Assembly: GCA_020891255.1 (NCBI GenBank)
Contig: BQFW01000015.1
Span: 1,550,001 to 1,614,000 of the forward strand
Length of the DNA: 64,000 nt
From: Entomortierella parvispora E1425
Taxonomy: Eukaryota > Fungi > Mortierellomycota
Direction of reading: 5' to 3'
Shown here: positions 25,101 to 36,718 of the stretch, in pieces
How the letters are laid out: every line of letters starts with the position of its first letter
Numbering within the stretch: the stretch's first letter is position 1
Notes under the pieces: model-generated
The model's input: only the letters and a program-made list of their open reading frames with translations
Told to the model about the DNA's origin: nothing
Databases searched by the model: none
Position numbers and translations under genes: made by a program

Positions 25101-25905
25101 GAGGTCTCGCAGGAGATGAAGGAGCGGTGTCTTGTTTTGCTGGAGATGGTAAAGGCACATGGAATTTCTGGCGACCGGGAGAGACCAAATGTTGTGGCCG
25201 TTGTGGGGGTAGTGGCGACGGTGCTGGCTGTAAGAGTGCTCCTCGCCCGCGAGGATTTTGCGTCTTTTTACGGTGACTCTTTGAAGGTGCCCAAGCAGTG
25301 CCCATCGCAGAAGCTGTTGTCGGTGCCAGGCTGTTGAGGATGGGCTCGTCCATAACTTCTGCAACAGTGGTGCTATTGCTGTCCTCGTCACTGTCAAAGT
25401 CTGCAATGGGATCCGGGTCCAAGTCTTCCTCCAGGGTCCTGGATGGTTCCTGTGGTCTTTGATAGTGGTTTTTTAAATGACGAGTCGCGGTTTTGGCTGG
25501 TTTCCTCGACGGTTGAATTAACACAGGAGACAACAACGGGAGGTGAGGTTGGTTATCCCTTGGAGGCGGACTAAGAGAGGGTATAATAGGACTCGTCGAC
25601 TCGTCGTAGGTAGTTTGGTCCGTGTCCACGCTCAGCTGGTCCCTGTTGTTTGTAATGTTTTGGCCAGGATTCAAATCGAAATCCCACGAAGACGACGTTG
25701 TCTCTGACGATGATGTCCTAGAGAATGAGACGGACATCGTGGGGTTTGTCGGGAAGGTGGACGGTATTATATCCGAGAAATCTCTCTTCAGTCCAGGCCG
25801 GCCATCTTGTTCCTGCATATTAGACGATGCGGATGTGGATGCTGCAGATGGACGAACGCCTTTTGGGGCAGAGACTTGTTTCCGAGCAGAAGTCGGGGGC
25901 AACAT
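22163..25905 (-). CDS. SHLD2/FAM35A-like ssDNA-binding protein: long disordered N-terminus and three OB folds, the last with a CxxC...CxxC zinc ribbon; introns 23784-23870, ~23167-23245 and 22774-22854; apparent 1-nt frameshift at 23038-23043
   Basis: OB-A reads YHIFALV...VSVCDQSTTSFKVVLWREKADW...GDAVLFTDL. OB-C reads CKGC...CPHC...WYYPPFEITLTD...IQVRCQMELGNQVFAEVPAD. Both resemble my recollection of human SHLD2 motifs. Confidence 0.7.
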
Positions 25906-26196
25906 GGCTTATTTGTCCGTTCCTTTGCAGAGGTGGTCACTAGCCGAGAGTTGATTGTGGACCATGGGAGCACGCTCGTGTGTATCCTGCGTGTGTCGAT
26001 GTGTATCCTCTATCCTGTCTGAGTGCGATGAAAGAAAAAGAGAGAAAAAAAGCAGAAAAAGCGAAGGGGCGGGCTCATTTGACCTGTGATTGAAATCTAA
26101 GCCATCGGATTAGTTTTTATTCAAGATTATTTATACCGAAAATGTTGTTCCGCAAAAGGAGGTCAGTTATCCGAGATTTTAGTGAGTAGAGTCCCA

Positions 26197-28946
26197 CTAT
26201 GGGTTCTGTGAGGAAGAAGGCAGCGTCTGAAGAAGATCAGGCGTGCTTCCCCCAGCCTTCCAAAAGTGCAGCAGCTCCTTGTACGAAGAAGGTCTCCGGA
26301 TATTCTTGGCCGGCTTTGGTCCAGCAGAAGTAGGCGAGGGAATCGGTGTCCCCGTAGATTTCAACGCGCCTTTGAAGCCGATTAGCGTCGTTTGGGAGGC
26401 CGATGATTTCTGTGGACTTGCACTATGAATATAGTTGTTTTGTTGACCGCCAGGGAGAGATTGGCTGTATGAGGACATGCTGGAGGAGGATTGCATGTTG
26501 TCAAATGTCATGGCTCGCTCGAGGTTCCGTGTATTTCCCGGTCCAGCAGAATGAGGTCCAGAGGTCCAGTTTGTGGATCCATGGGGGCGAGTTCCGTTGA
26601 CGGTGCTGTCGGTCGTGATTCGGCTTGGTCGTCTCACAGCAATACGACTCGTTCCCTGGAGAGCAGATAACGAAGAAGAAGAGGAGGATGCAGCTGTAGA
26701 GACCCCAAAGTTGTGGTTGTGTACGGTCCCTGATGGGTTGGAGCTCGGCCAAGGCAAGGGGGTTTCTGGCGACGAATCTAGGTTTCGCTGGTAAGGTCTG
26801 CGATTTTGAGTCTCCTCCTCTGACGAGGATGTCGAAAGTGGTCGCTGATAATAGATGCTCTCAGGTCGAGGCCGCTTGGAGGCCAGGACTGTCTCCAACG
26901 CCCCAAGTCGACCTTCCATCTTGTCAAAGCAGGTCGCGAGTCTAGACGAGGTCTGTTCCATGGCTCTGACGCGTTCCTGGATGCGCAGCTCAATGTCATA
27001 AAGTAGTTTGGCGTGCATCTCAGCTTCGATCCTATCCACTCTCTTGCCAAGCCTCTGGTCTGTCTCGTCCACGGTCTCGAACAACATCAATTTGGCCTCT
27101 CGGAGTTGAACCATGAGGTCTGTCAACAGTCCGTCGTTCAGCTCATGATATCTCATTCCAAATGCCTGCAGTTCCTGGCGAAGTTCTGTAATAGAGGCGT
27201 TGTCAACGACCACAGGCGGGTAAGATTGATTGAACAGAGCATTCTCAACAGCGGGTTGATATCTCTGTAGCTCTTTGCCTTGATTCAGTAGCTCGACTTG
27301 ATCCATTTCTGTCGCAATTGCCTGTTGCTCGCCGTCAAGTTCTTGGACCTATCGAATAGAATAGATGAATGAGTACAGAGAGCTCGATCGACGAGGGATG
27401 AGCGAGCTTGTACGCACCTTTGATTCAATATCCACCAATTTGTAAGAGACCATGGACTCCATTTGATCCACTCGAGAGTCCAAATCGCCCACGCGCTGAG
27501 ACACGTTCGAAAGCATTTCCTTTCGAAGCGCCAACGACCCTTGCAAATGGTGAGAGCGCTGGGATTCATTTCCTTGAGCCGCTGGTACTGCTCCAGTCTG
27601 GATCTCCAACCTCTGAACGCGCTCAGAGAGTTTCCGTTCAACCTGCAGCACGGCATCCTGAATCCTTTTGTCCAATTCGCTCTTGACCATGTCCTCGTAA
27701 ATAGGGGAAGTCACCCTTTCCTGTTGCTCCTTGGGCTGTGTCACATTGTCTCTAACACTAGTGTGGACATTACCCTCCTGCAGGGGTTGGGAGTCCATTT
27801 GACCTGTCCTACTGATTTCCTTGTCTGAACTCATAACTGCTTTATGTTTGCTCGTACCCTCGTGTTGGCCTGCTCTCTCATTATCGATGTCGTCCTCTTC
27901 CTCCCGGATAGGTCCAAGTGAATGCGCTAGAATAGAGGAAATGCTTGTAGATTGAGGAAGAGCCTGGGCGGTCGATGTAGACTCCTGTTCTCCAGCCACG
28001 GCACCCGGCGCCTTCTCGGTCTTGACTGGTTTTTTCGCCACGGGTGGATCATGAAGTTGGTATCTCTTGACAAAGATCTCGTCGTAAGGCTCTGCTTCAG
28101 CAATGTTCTCGCCATCAAAATAATGTGGATGATCGCTATTCTGCCCTGGTTCCTGACCAGAAAGGGTCCCATGTGCCTTCCCTGTGTGTGTGCCTTTTGT
28201 GTTCTTGAAAGCGCGACGCGCCCCTAATTTTCCCAAAAAAAAAAAAAAAAAAAAAAAAAACAGGGCATCAACAACGGACGTAATCGTCAACTGACCAAGG
28301 GCATGGCATGCAGGGCTGTTGAAACAGGTTCTTCTTTCTTACCAGACACTGGCGAGAGATAGGATAGATCCTCTTGCTCCTCATTCTGTGCACGCTCAAA
28401 GTCAAGGCGGTCGCGGGTATGATGTTCATACGAGTCGCTTCGGGCCAGTCTAGAGTTCACATTCATGGCCCCGTCCAAGAACGAGGGCGAGGGCTGGAGG
28501 CGACGGGCTTTCTCGAGAGCCTCAGTATCGGAATCGACCTCGTCCTCTTCCTCCTCGATGGCATCTCCCTCCTCGTATTCATAGTCTTGATCACTGTCGC
28601 TCTCGTCAAAGTAGACGGGTTCTGTGTGAATGGGCAGCAAACGAATAAAGGGCTTTGGACCCTCGCCTTCCAGAGGCGATTGGATCGGGGCAGAGACTGG
28701 GGTAGAGGCAATGGTGGACGACGAACGAGGTCCACCAGCGGGTATGGAGGCTACGGCATTGGCAATCCCCGCAAGAGTCAGATTGGCGCTCGAGTTGTTA
28801 TGCACAGTTCCATTCCGTTTGAGGTCTCGATTGAGCAACAGGTTGGTCGTCGAGAGAGACAGTGAGTTTTGACGCTGGATCTGTCGATTTGTCTCGTTGT
28901 AGTGGCGTTTGTGGTAGGGTTCTTCGACGCTCTGGTTTTGACCCAT
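26197..28946 (-). CDS. Hypothetical coiled-coil protein with N-terminal MGQNQS motif, 3 exons
   Basis: Three ORF-track ORFs are joined by in-frame GT-AG introns (first intron has a T26 tract on the coding strand). Two heptad-rich regions are present. Confidence 0.8.
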
Positions 28947-29759
28947 TGTGAAGAAAGGAACAAGGAATAGGAAGAGAAGGAAGGGACAAGGCTGAAAGAG
29001 AGAGGTAAGGGCTGGGAGGAATGTCTTTATGTTCTCGATCCTTGTCGAAAACAGGAGGAAGGAGAGAGAAAGAGAGATGGAGAGAGAAAGAGAGATAGAG
29101 AGAGGAAAGAGAGAGATGAGAGCGAAGGGGGGAATGAGACGAAAGAGAGGGAAAGAGAGGAGGATTCGAGTTCTCTGTCAGCACCAAGTGCACTCAGAGC
29201 CACAGAGCAGCAACCTCTTCCGAACACCGTGCATGGCACAGGCGTGGCTTACGAAGGAGGGCAGGAGAACGGCGGGAGGGGAGAAAAAGGGGCCCGCTGA
29301 AGGTCACTCCTTCGCTCATTCATTCGATCATCGTTGGCTGCCTGCAGCGCCGTTCATATCCTCACGTTCGTGCGCGCAAGAGAAGCAGCGGCCTTGTAGC
29401 CCTGTTTGCCGTGTTGAACCCTGTGCTGGCCAGATGTCCATTTCCAGAATTCGTCATGTTGTCAGGCTCACGTCTTTCCCCCTTTGTCCCTTGCGCGGGT
29501 CTTATTCACATCCATCCTGGTCCACATTGCACTCAGCCCACACCCTCCCATCCTCACCTGGGATCAATGCCGAGCGGGACCGAGGGGCTAGGAGACGCGA
29601 CACAAGAAGATAACACAACAGTAAAAAAAAAAACCAAAAAAACAAGGAGCCCTGGTTCGGTTTCTGATATTACTATTTTCCTTGAGAGTTTGGGCATGTG
29701 GAAAAAGGTGACTATGGTACAATGCGAGAATAAAAGAATGCAAAAGGCCCTCCTCCCCT

Positions 29760-30822
29760 CTACTCGTCGTCGTCCGACACATCCTCGCCAGCGCGTTTAC
29801 GCTTCTTGATGTTGGCCGTCTCGGACTCCTTGGCCATGTCGGCCTCCTTGGCCGTCTTCTTGACAAACACGAATGTCTTTGGGCTCTTGTTCAAGATCTC
29901 GACGTTCTCTCCCTGAGAGACACCCTCCTTGAAACCAATTGTCCGACGATGCTCATATCCGGGGTATTGTTCAGGCTTGAAAGGGAACGACGTCTTGTTG
30001 CCCAACAATCCAGTTCCCGTCGCCAAACGTTTGATATTCCAAAGATCGTAGGGCAAGCCTGTCTTGACTGTCACGTGGATCTCTCCCGCCTTCTTGTCAC
30101 CAAGGTCAGGGTCGGTCAAGAAAGGCACAGCCGACTCAAAGAAGGAGCGCATCAACTTTTGGTTCGACACCACGTTCCTGTCTTGATCCTTGATTCCAGC
30201 ACCTGGTAAAGGAGTGGTTTAAACAAGAGGTTAGCCGACGGGTTAAAAATATTGGTATGTATCTCGATTTCGCGTTCAGTGGTAAAGGACGAGAACCAAT
30301 TAACTTACCAGCGTGAGGGAAATTGAAGACAATCTTGGAGAAACGTTTTCCCTTGAAGCTCTTGATCTTGTTCAATTTGGTGGCGTCCACCTCAAAGACA
30401 ACGGTTGCACCCGCATCCTCAAGCTCCTTGACGTTCTCCTGAGCATCGGTAGGGTACTTCTCCATCATGGTCGAGAACGAGTCCAAGGTCGTGGCGGTGA
30501 TCGTGTCGCCTCGATTCAAGATCTCGAGCGCCAAGGACTTTGCAAACGAAAAGTTGGCCTCGCCCACAAGCAAGATGGTATCGTAGTCGTAGTAGGGTGG
30601 TGGTGGCAACTTGGCCATGGCCTTTCGCTGTGCCTTTGTGGCCGAGGCCTGCTTGACACCCTGAGCCTGTTGTTGCTGAAGAAGGGCGGCCTTCTTGGGG
30701 GCGGCAGCCAATGCAGCCTCCTTTTGATCACGGATCTGCGTCGCGCGCTGGCGCTTGGCATGGGTATCCTGGAGCTTGCCAAGGGCCGACTTGAGCTTTG
30801 ACTTCTTGTACTTGGGCGTCAT
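29760..30822 (-). CDS. BMT5: 25S rRNA (uridine-N3)-methyltransferase BMT5-like (DUF2431 family), 2 exons
   Basis: ILLVGEANFSFAKSL, VDATKL, IVFNFPHAG|AGIKDQDRNVVSNQKL and TVKTGLPYDLWNIKRLA motifs. Confidence 0.9.
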
Positions 30823-30935
30823 TAGGTCGAGATGGGTGAATGATGGAGCGAATGGCGACAGACGAATGGCTCTTTTTTTTCTTTTTTTGATTGTTTACAT
30901 TTTTTTATTATGACTGCTTATTTTTTACCATGTTG

Positions 30936-32177
30936 CTAGAAACTGTTCTTCAGCTCACGCAGCACATGCATCACGTCGATAGGATCGCTCTTGCCCGTAA
31001 ACGCTTGCAGGGAGGGCTCGCTATGAGGAGATCGGACAAAGAAGAATAGGGGTCAATAGCAGGCACCACGGACTGACTGGCTGCGAACAAGTGGTGGGTT
31101 CAAAGACGAGCACAACAGAGTGAAACAACGCACTTACTTCACGCGCAAGAAAGGATTGCAGAGCAGCTCCTCACCAATGGTGCCAGGGATCGTGACCTTG
31201 ACGTTCTCGTCCAATAGCCACCTCAACTTTTGAGCCACATGAGTATTGTCAGGCTCGACATGCATGGCGAACTGAAGGTTGGCCCGGGTGTATTCGTGTC
31301 CACAATACACCTTGGTCTCGACGGGCAGCGTTGCTAGGATATGGAGCAAGCTGTTGTACATGTCTGCTGCTGTGCCTTCAAAAAACCGACCGCAACCGCT
31401 CAAGAAGAGAGTGTCGCCTGTGAAAATGGCTCTGTCAGCGCCATCCTTTGCATAGTAGCTGACACTGCCTTTCGTGTGACAATGTGTCCAAAGGGCTTGG
31501 ATAGTAATGTTGCCAATCTTGAACTCTTCTTTGTCCTTGACCACATAGTTGATCTCGGGGATTCTTGCATCGGCTCCGAAAACGGCCAGGCCTGGCTTCT
31601 TGGCAATCAACTCCACGTTACCGCCGGCATGGTCCCAATGGTGATGTGTGCAGAGGACCGAGGTGAGTTTGGCTCCAAGATGTTGAAGGATGTGCATCAT
31701 TTTCTGTGGCTCGACTGGATCCACCACGGCCGCCTCGGACGTGGTCTCGTCGAGGATGATGTATGCATAGTTGTCTACAGAATAGCCATCGAAGAAGACG
31801 GTTAGGGTAAAGCAGAAAGAAGAGGGCGTTGAGTTTGTTTGCTATGGTTGTGTCAAAGGGCAAAAAAAATAAAAAATGAAAGCGACGCGTCGCACGAAAA
31901 GGGGCGCAAGGCTGAGTTTTGAGCAGAGGCACCTTCCATGGTCGTTTCTTTCTTCTCCACTGCTCTCCCTCCACTGCACCCCCTCTTCTTCCACATCCTC
32001 TCTTTCTCTGTCCGACTACATCCACCCACATTTGTAAGACAGCGCAGGACTCTTTACATCCTCGGACCATTGTCGGTACTGTTGACTCGCCTCTCATTCC
32101 TTTCCTCCCCCTTCTCTTCACGAAGGGCGATTGTGTGTTGTTTTACCTTCAAGAACTGGGACTGGAATGATGCGCAT
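30936..32177 (-). CDS. GLO2: Hydroxyacylglutathione hydrolase (glyoxalase II); introns 31775-32146 and ~31022-31137
   Basis: MRIIPVPVLE|DNYAY start, THHHWDHAGGN metal-binding motif, FTGDTLF, YCGHEYT, NPFLRV. Last exon ends LRELKNSF-stop. Confidence 0.95.
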
Positions 32178-32570
32178 GTTGAAGGAGCAAATGGAGAGGA
32201 ATGATGCTTCGGATTGCTGTGCTCCAAAAAAAGCTACAGTTGGAACTGTGTATGGGCCTAGAAAGTCGTCAACGGTGGAAAAAAAAAACAAGCGGGAGGT
32301 GGGTATGCAGGGCCGTTTTATGTATGAAAGACGAAAGGAAGCAACGGAAAATGTTTGGTATATCGGAAGCTCAATTGATGTGAGAGAAGGGAAGCAGAGC
32401 AGGTGGAGGTAGGGGTGGAGAACCGGGTACTAGAGGGTTGGAGAGATATGTTTGGGCAAACAAGTTGTGAATGTGAATGTCGATGGAAAGCGTGGAAGAA
32501 ATGGAACAATGAGAACCAACGAAAAGAAAAAGAAATAAAAAAAAAGGACGATCGCCGTGCAGGCGCCTGG

Positions 32571-32578
32571 TATTTATA
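32571..32578 (-). promoter_or_regulatory. Candidate TATA box (TATAAATA) for GLO2
   Basis: Followed by a ~390-nt pyrimidine-rich, ATG-free stretch leading to the GLO2 ATG. Confidence 0.4.
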
Positions 32579-34527
32579 ATGACCTTCAACTGGCCCACAC
32601 GAGCTTGACGAAGTGGAGGGAACCGCCTCGTTGCTGACCAGCAAGACGGCGCTGTGATCGGGCAATTGAACAATTGATACATACCTACATACCCTTTGGA
32701 ATTCGGTCTTTCGTCGGATGGATAGATCCGAAGGAAAAATATAAAAAACGTCCACTGTGCGCCATTAATTACCAGTGAGCACCAGAGATGAGGGGGGTGG
32801 AAGAACTTCGTTCATCAAGGACTGAGGGGCCAGACAGACAGACAGACCGTCTTCCTCTCTTCTTTTCTCGGGCGACCGCGCGAGCAGGCAGGCAGGGTCG
32901 ATGGAACAAGAAAAAGAGCACAGAGCGAGATTAAATGACAATACCACACCGAAAGGCAACAATTTAGCGTTGCGTCCAGATGAATGGATGGATGAATTTC
33001 TTTTCTTTTTCTTGGCCGAAGGTTCTTTCGTTCTATTCGTCTGTCTGCTCAACCTCTTTTTACGGAGAGTGCACCCTTCCTGCAGTTGACCCTGTCTTCC
33101 ACACCACACCGCAGCGCCGTTTTTTATTTTTTATTTCTTTTTTTTTTTTAAATAGTCGTCATGTATTTATGTACTAACCATGTTCTTTTGTTCCTTCTTT
33201 TTCTGTGCTCTCGATCATCTTTGTTAAAACGGTGCACCGTGTGCTTGGTTCATTTCGCCTGCGTCCTCAATAGAAGGCCGAGAACATAGCAGTGAAATAT
33301 CCCGATAGGATTAGGAAAAGAAAGAACAGGGGGAAAAACACCAGCCTCCGCCGAGGCGTCCACTGGTGAGTCCCAAAACTTCAAGTCTTGTCAACCACGT
33401 TGAGCCGATCCTGGGCTCACGAGAGGCCTTGTTTCTCGTGCCTTTTGCATTCGAATTTGGCACAAAAAAGTTACCGACAATTCGCCCCTTTTTTCATTTC
33501 CTCTTTGTTTACCTTTTGTCGCATGTTGTTGTGTGTCTGTCTGTCTGTCTGTCCGCTCAGAAGAAAATTACGCACAAGTGACTTGGCATGCTGCCAAGTT
33601 GCAACAGAAACTGGTCTTGTGCAAGACCACATCCGCGTTGACTGCCCCTGAATGACCCTGACGCCGATGGCAATGATCATCTACAATCGAAACCGGGGTA
33701 GCTGGAAGGTGTGTAAGGGTTTCACTCTTTTTTTTTTGTCCCCACTCTTTTTTATACACCCACGTTGTTTGCAATGAAGGGCTTTTATATGAATGGCAGA
33801 TAGGAGCGGCCCCTCTCCCCAAACAAATAGCCCGGTACCACACGGTCTTGCGGAGCAACTTCGGAGATGGTCTCTACTTTGTTGTGTCCGTTTACTTGTC
33901 TCTAAAAAGACGCCATATTCTACCACTGTCTGGCGATCCGTGGCGAACCTGTCGTTTATGGAAGACTCAGACCTTTATCCTCTGCGTTCACCCGTCATAC
34001 CTCTTCAAACCTCTCTCATCTGTTTTTCATGTACCGCGCATTCATCTCATGAGTAAAAAAGTATCTTGGGAGAGAGAGTGAGTTTATTAGCAGCGGACAG
34101 TGTTGTGGCACCATGAACTTTTTTGCCATCAACCTTGATCTCCCACTCAGTTCTCCCCTACCACTGTATGTGCCTCGGATGAATAATCGCGGTAGAAATA
34201 TGGCGCTCCTCTTGTGGATCTTGTATCCCGCCGCATCCAATTACCAAGCAATCAAACGATCAGATAGATGCGAGCCAAACTATTGTCTATTTACTCTCTA
34301 GTCCCTATTGCTTATCTATACACTGTACTATTGTATGTGCTAGAACTGCAGCCCAAAAGCGGACATTTTCCACAAACTTGATCGAATTCAAGGTCGAAGC
34401 CTTCTGTTTGAAGGAAGGATTTGTCTAGACCTTCCACTGCAAAAAAAAAAAAAAAAAAAAAAAGACCTACGAAAGCCCGAACGACCAGAAAGAGAGAGAG
34501 GGCGAGAGATCTGCAAGGTGAATTAAC

Positions 34528-35074
34528 ATGGCAACATCTGCGACAGGTACGGTCCACTCCACGGACTCTAATTATCAAGCCAGTCAGTACTGCACGACCC
34601 AAGACTGTATTATAAATGCCTCAGCCTTTGTGTTAACAATAATATCCTTCAACATCAACAGAAACGGCCGGGCTTAGTCGAGGACTTAGTTCATCGTCCG
34701 CCTCCATCCGTTCCTCCTCCTTATCCAGTGGGGGCAGCACCAACCCAGCCTTCCAAAAGAGGCTGGCGGCTGAGATGCAGAACGCACATCACGAACTCTC
34801 TTCGGTTTTGACCCAGACACCCCTTCAGAATGCTCAGTTGGCCCTGGACCAGACAAGTCTTCAATTGGAGCGAACAAAGCTGGGTTTGAAGGATGTTCAT
34901 GGGGATTTAGACCGCACATTGAAGAACCAAAGGACTATTTTAGATCGAATTGATAGCGCTGCAGAGTTTTTACCAAAGGTGTCGTCTACCTCGACCCTCA
35001 CAAAAGCAATAGGAAGAGACGAGTCCACTACCAAAGTGTTGCCAATTTCTGCAAGTGGATCATTCTCAAAGTAG
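34528..35074 (+). CDS. Small (143-aa) coiled-coil protein; intron 34547-34661
   Basis: ATG GCA ACA TCT GCG ACA G|GTACGG ... AACAG|AA ACG splices in frame into the ORF 34775-35074 frame. Heptad pattern LALDQTSLQLERTKLGLKDVHGDLDRTL. Confidence 0.6.
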
Positions 35075-36718
35075 ACCCAGTGCTCTTGTTGGTGCTCGCT
35101 GAATAGCCTCCAAAAAAAAAAAAAAAAATAAATCAATAAAGAGAAAAAAAAAAACAACAAAATAACCATGCGGAATGAAAAAAATGGAACATTGGGATGT
35201 TTCTTCCTCTTTGACGAAGCTCCTCGTTCGCTCGCAGAGTTCATTATCATCTGCTGTGTGATAATACGGAGACGGTAGTTTACTTTACCCTTTCGTTGTC
35301 TTTTCTTTTTTTTTCTTAATTGCTCTTTTCCATCTAACCCCCCAAGAGATGTCATTATTCGCGCACCTGGGCTGTTTAGATCTCGAGGATTTCCAATATA
35401 GAAAGTAGGTAGGCAGTGATGAATGAGGTGTTGTTTGTCCAAGTATCTTTACCGCAAAGCGGTACGCGCTGTCTTTCGCGGTTGGACTGCTTCAGTGTGG
35501 CTAGTCAAGAAGCAAAAGATAAGGAAGGAGCGGAGAGGGTGCCATGCGAGTTCCTCGGTGTATCACCTATCCGTTTCGCCGATGATTCAACTTTGCTCTT
35601 CATGGGAAGAAGGGGTTGCCCCTGCCAACCAAGTGCCCGCCCGCCCCTATAGGCTCAAAGACCTTCCAAGGCAAAGATTCTGAGAGCAATTGAAGTTTGG
35701 GTTCTCTCTTAGTCGTCCATGTTTTCCTGGGATGAACGAGAGTCCAAATTTTGCTTCCTGCAGTGGCCCTTACCACCTTTGTAGCAATAGACCATGACTT
35801 CCACCATGTCATTCCCACAACATTCAGTAACGTACGTTGAACGCCAGTTTTTCAATATGGTATATAATGCAGTCAATTCCGTCGGTGATCCTCTGAAATG
35901 CAAAGGGGCTTGACAACGGTTCCCTAACTCCTTGCATTCTCCCCCCTCTTTTCTTTCTTCCACCAAAAGGGGGGAGACGATACCGGCACCGGCACTAGCA
36001 CATTCACTACACCACAAACAACCGTTTCGGATCACAGTCTCCGTCTTAATTTGGGTGAGGTAGCTCCTGCAGGCAAATCCAAGGTCGAGCCCCAAAGGGC
36101 TTACACTTTTACCACCCATTGTTCCGAAAACTGGAGCATTTCATGGTGGTCTTCAATACGAGGTGGATATGAACACCAGTAAGTACTTTACGATCAAACC
36201 GAGATGGATGGCGGTGAATAAAGGTCTCGTGAGTTTCGTAAGACAACTCAATTGCCCCCAATGCCATCGCCCAGCACCAAGTCCCTTTTTTTTTTTTTTT
36301 TCCGGAGAAAAAGCGAGGGGACATGTGGATATCTTTGATTCCCTTAGGATGGTACAACCCACATTTGAGAACAAGGAGCTCCGGCCTCACAGGACCCACT
36401 TCAAAAACAAAAAACAAAACAAAAGCAAAAAAAAAAAAATCGAGGGGGTCTCCTTTCACGCGTTGTATCTCGCGTTGAGCAACATATTCCTGAATCATCG
36501 GCACGAAGTCAAGCTCCCTGGATTTCCAAGAGGGGTTATGGGGCTAATGCTAACCCCATGCACCCCTCCTTGATTCTCGATCTTTCATCTTTTAACTTGC
36601 ATGCCTCTCTTGCTCGAGTTTTTTAAGGCTGACGCTCAAATTCGCTCTTTGCTTTCCACTCCCCGGTTTCGCTTTCCAACTCACCCATCAACCACAAAAA
36701 CATTGCAAAGCACATACA

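Noticed and set aside
32200-32760. Upstream mitochondrial-presequence exon for GLO2
   Set aside because: No ATG between the candidate TATA box and the GLO2 start, so it is treated as 5' UTR.
35416-35684. snoRNA cluster in the ORF-poor 33-36 kb region
   Set aside because: C-box-like motifs lack properly spaced D boxes and recognisable guides.
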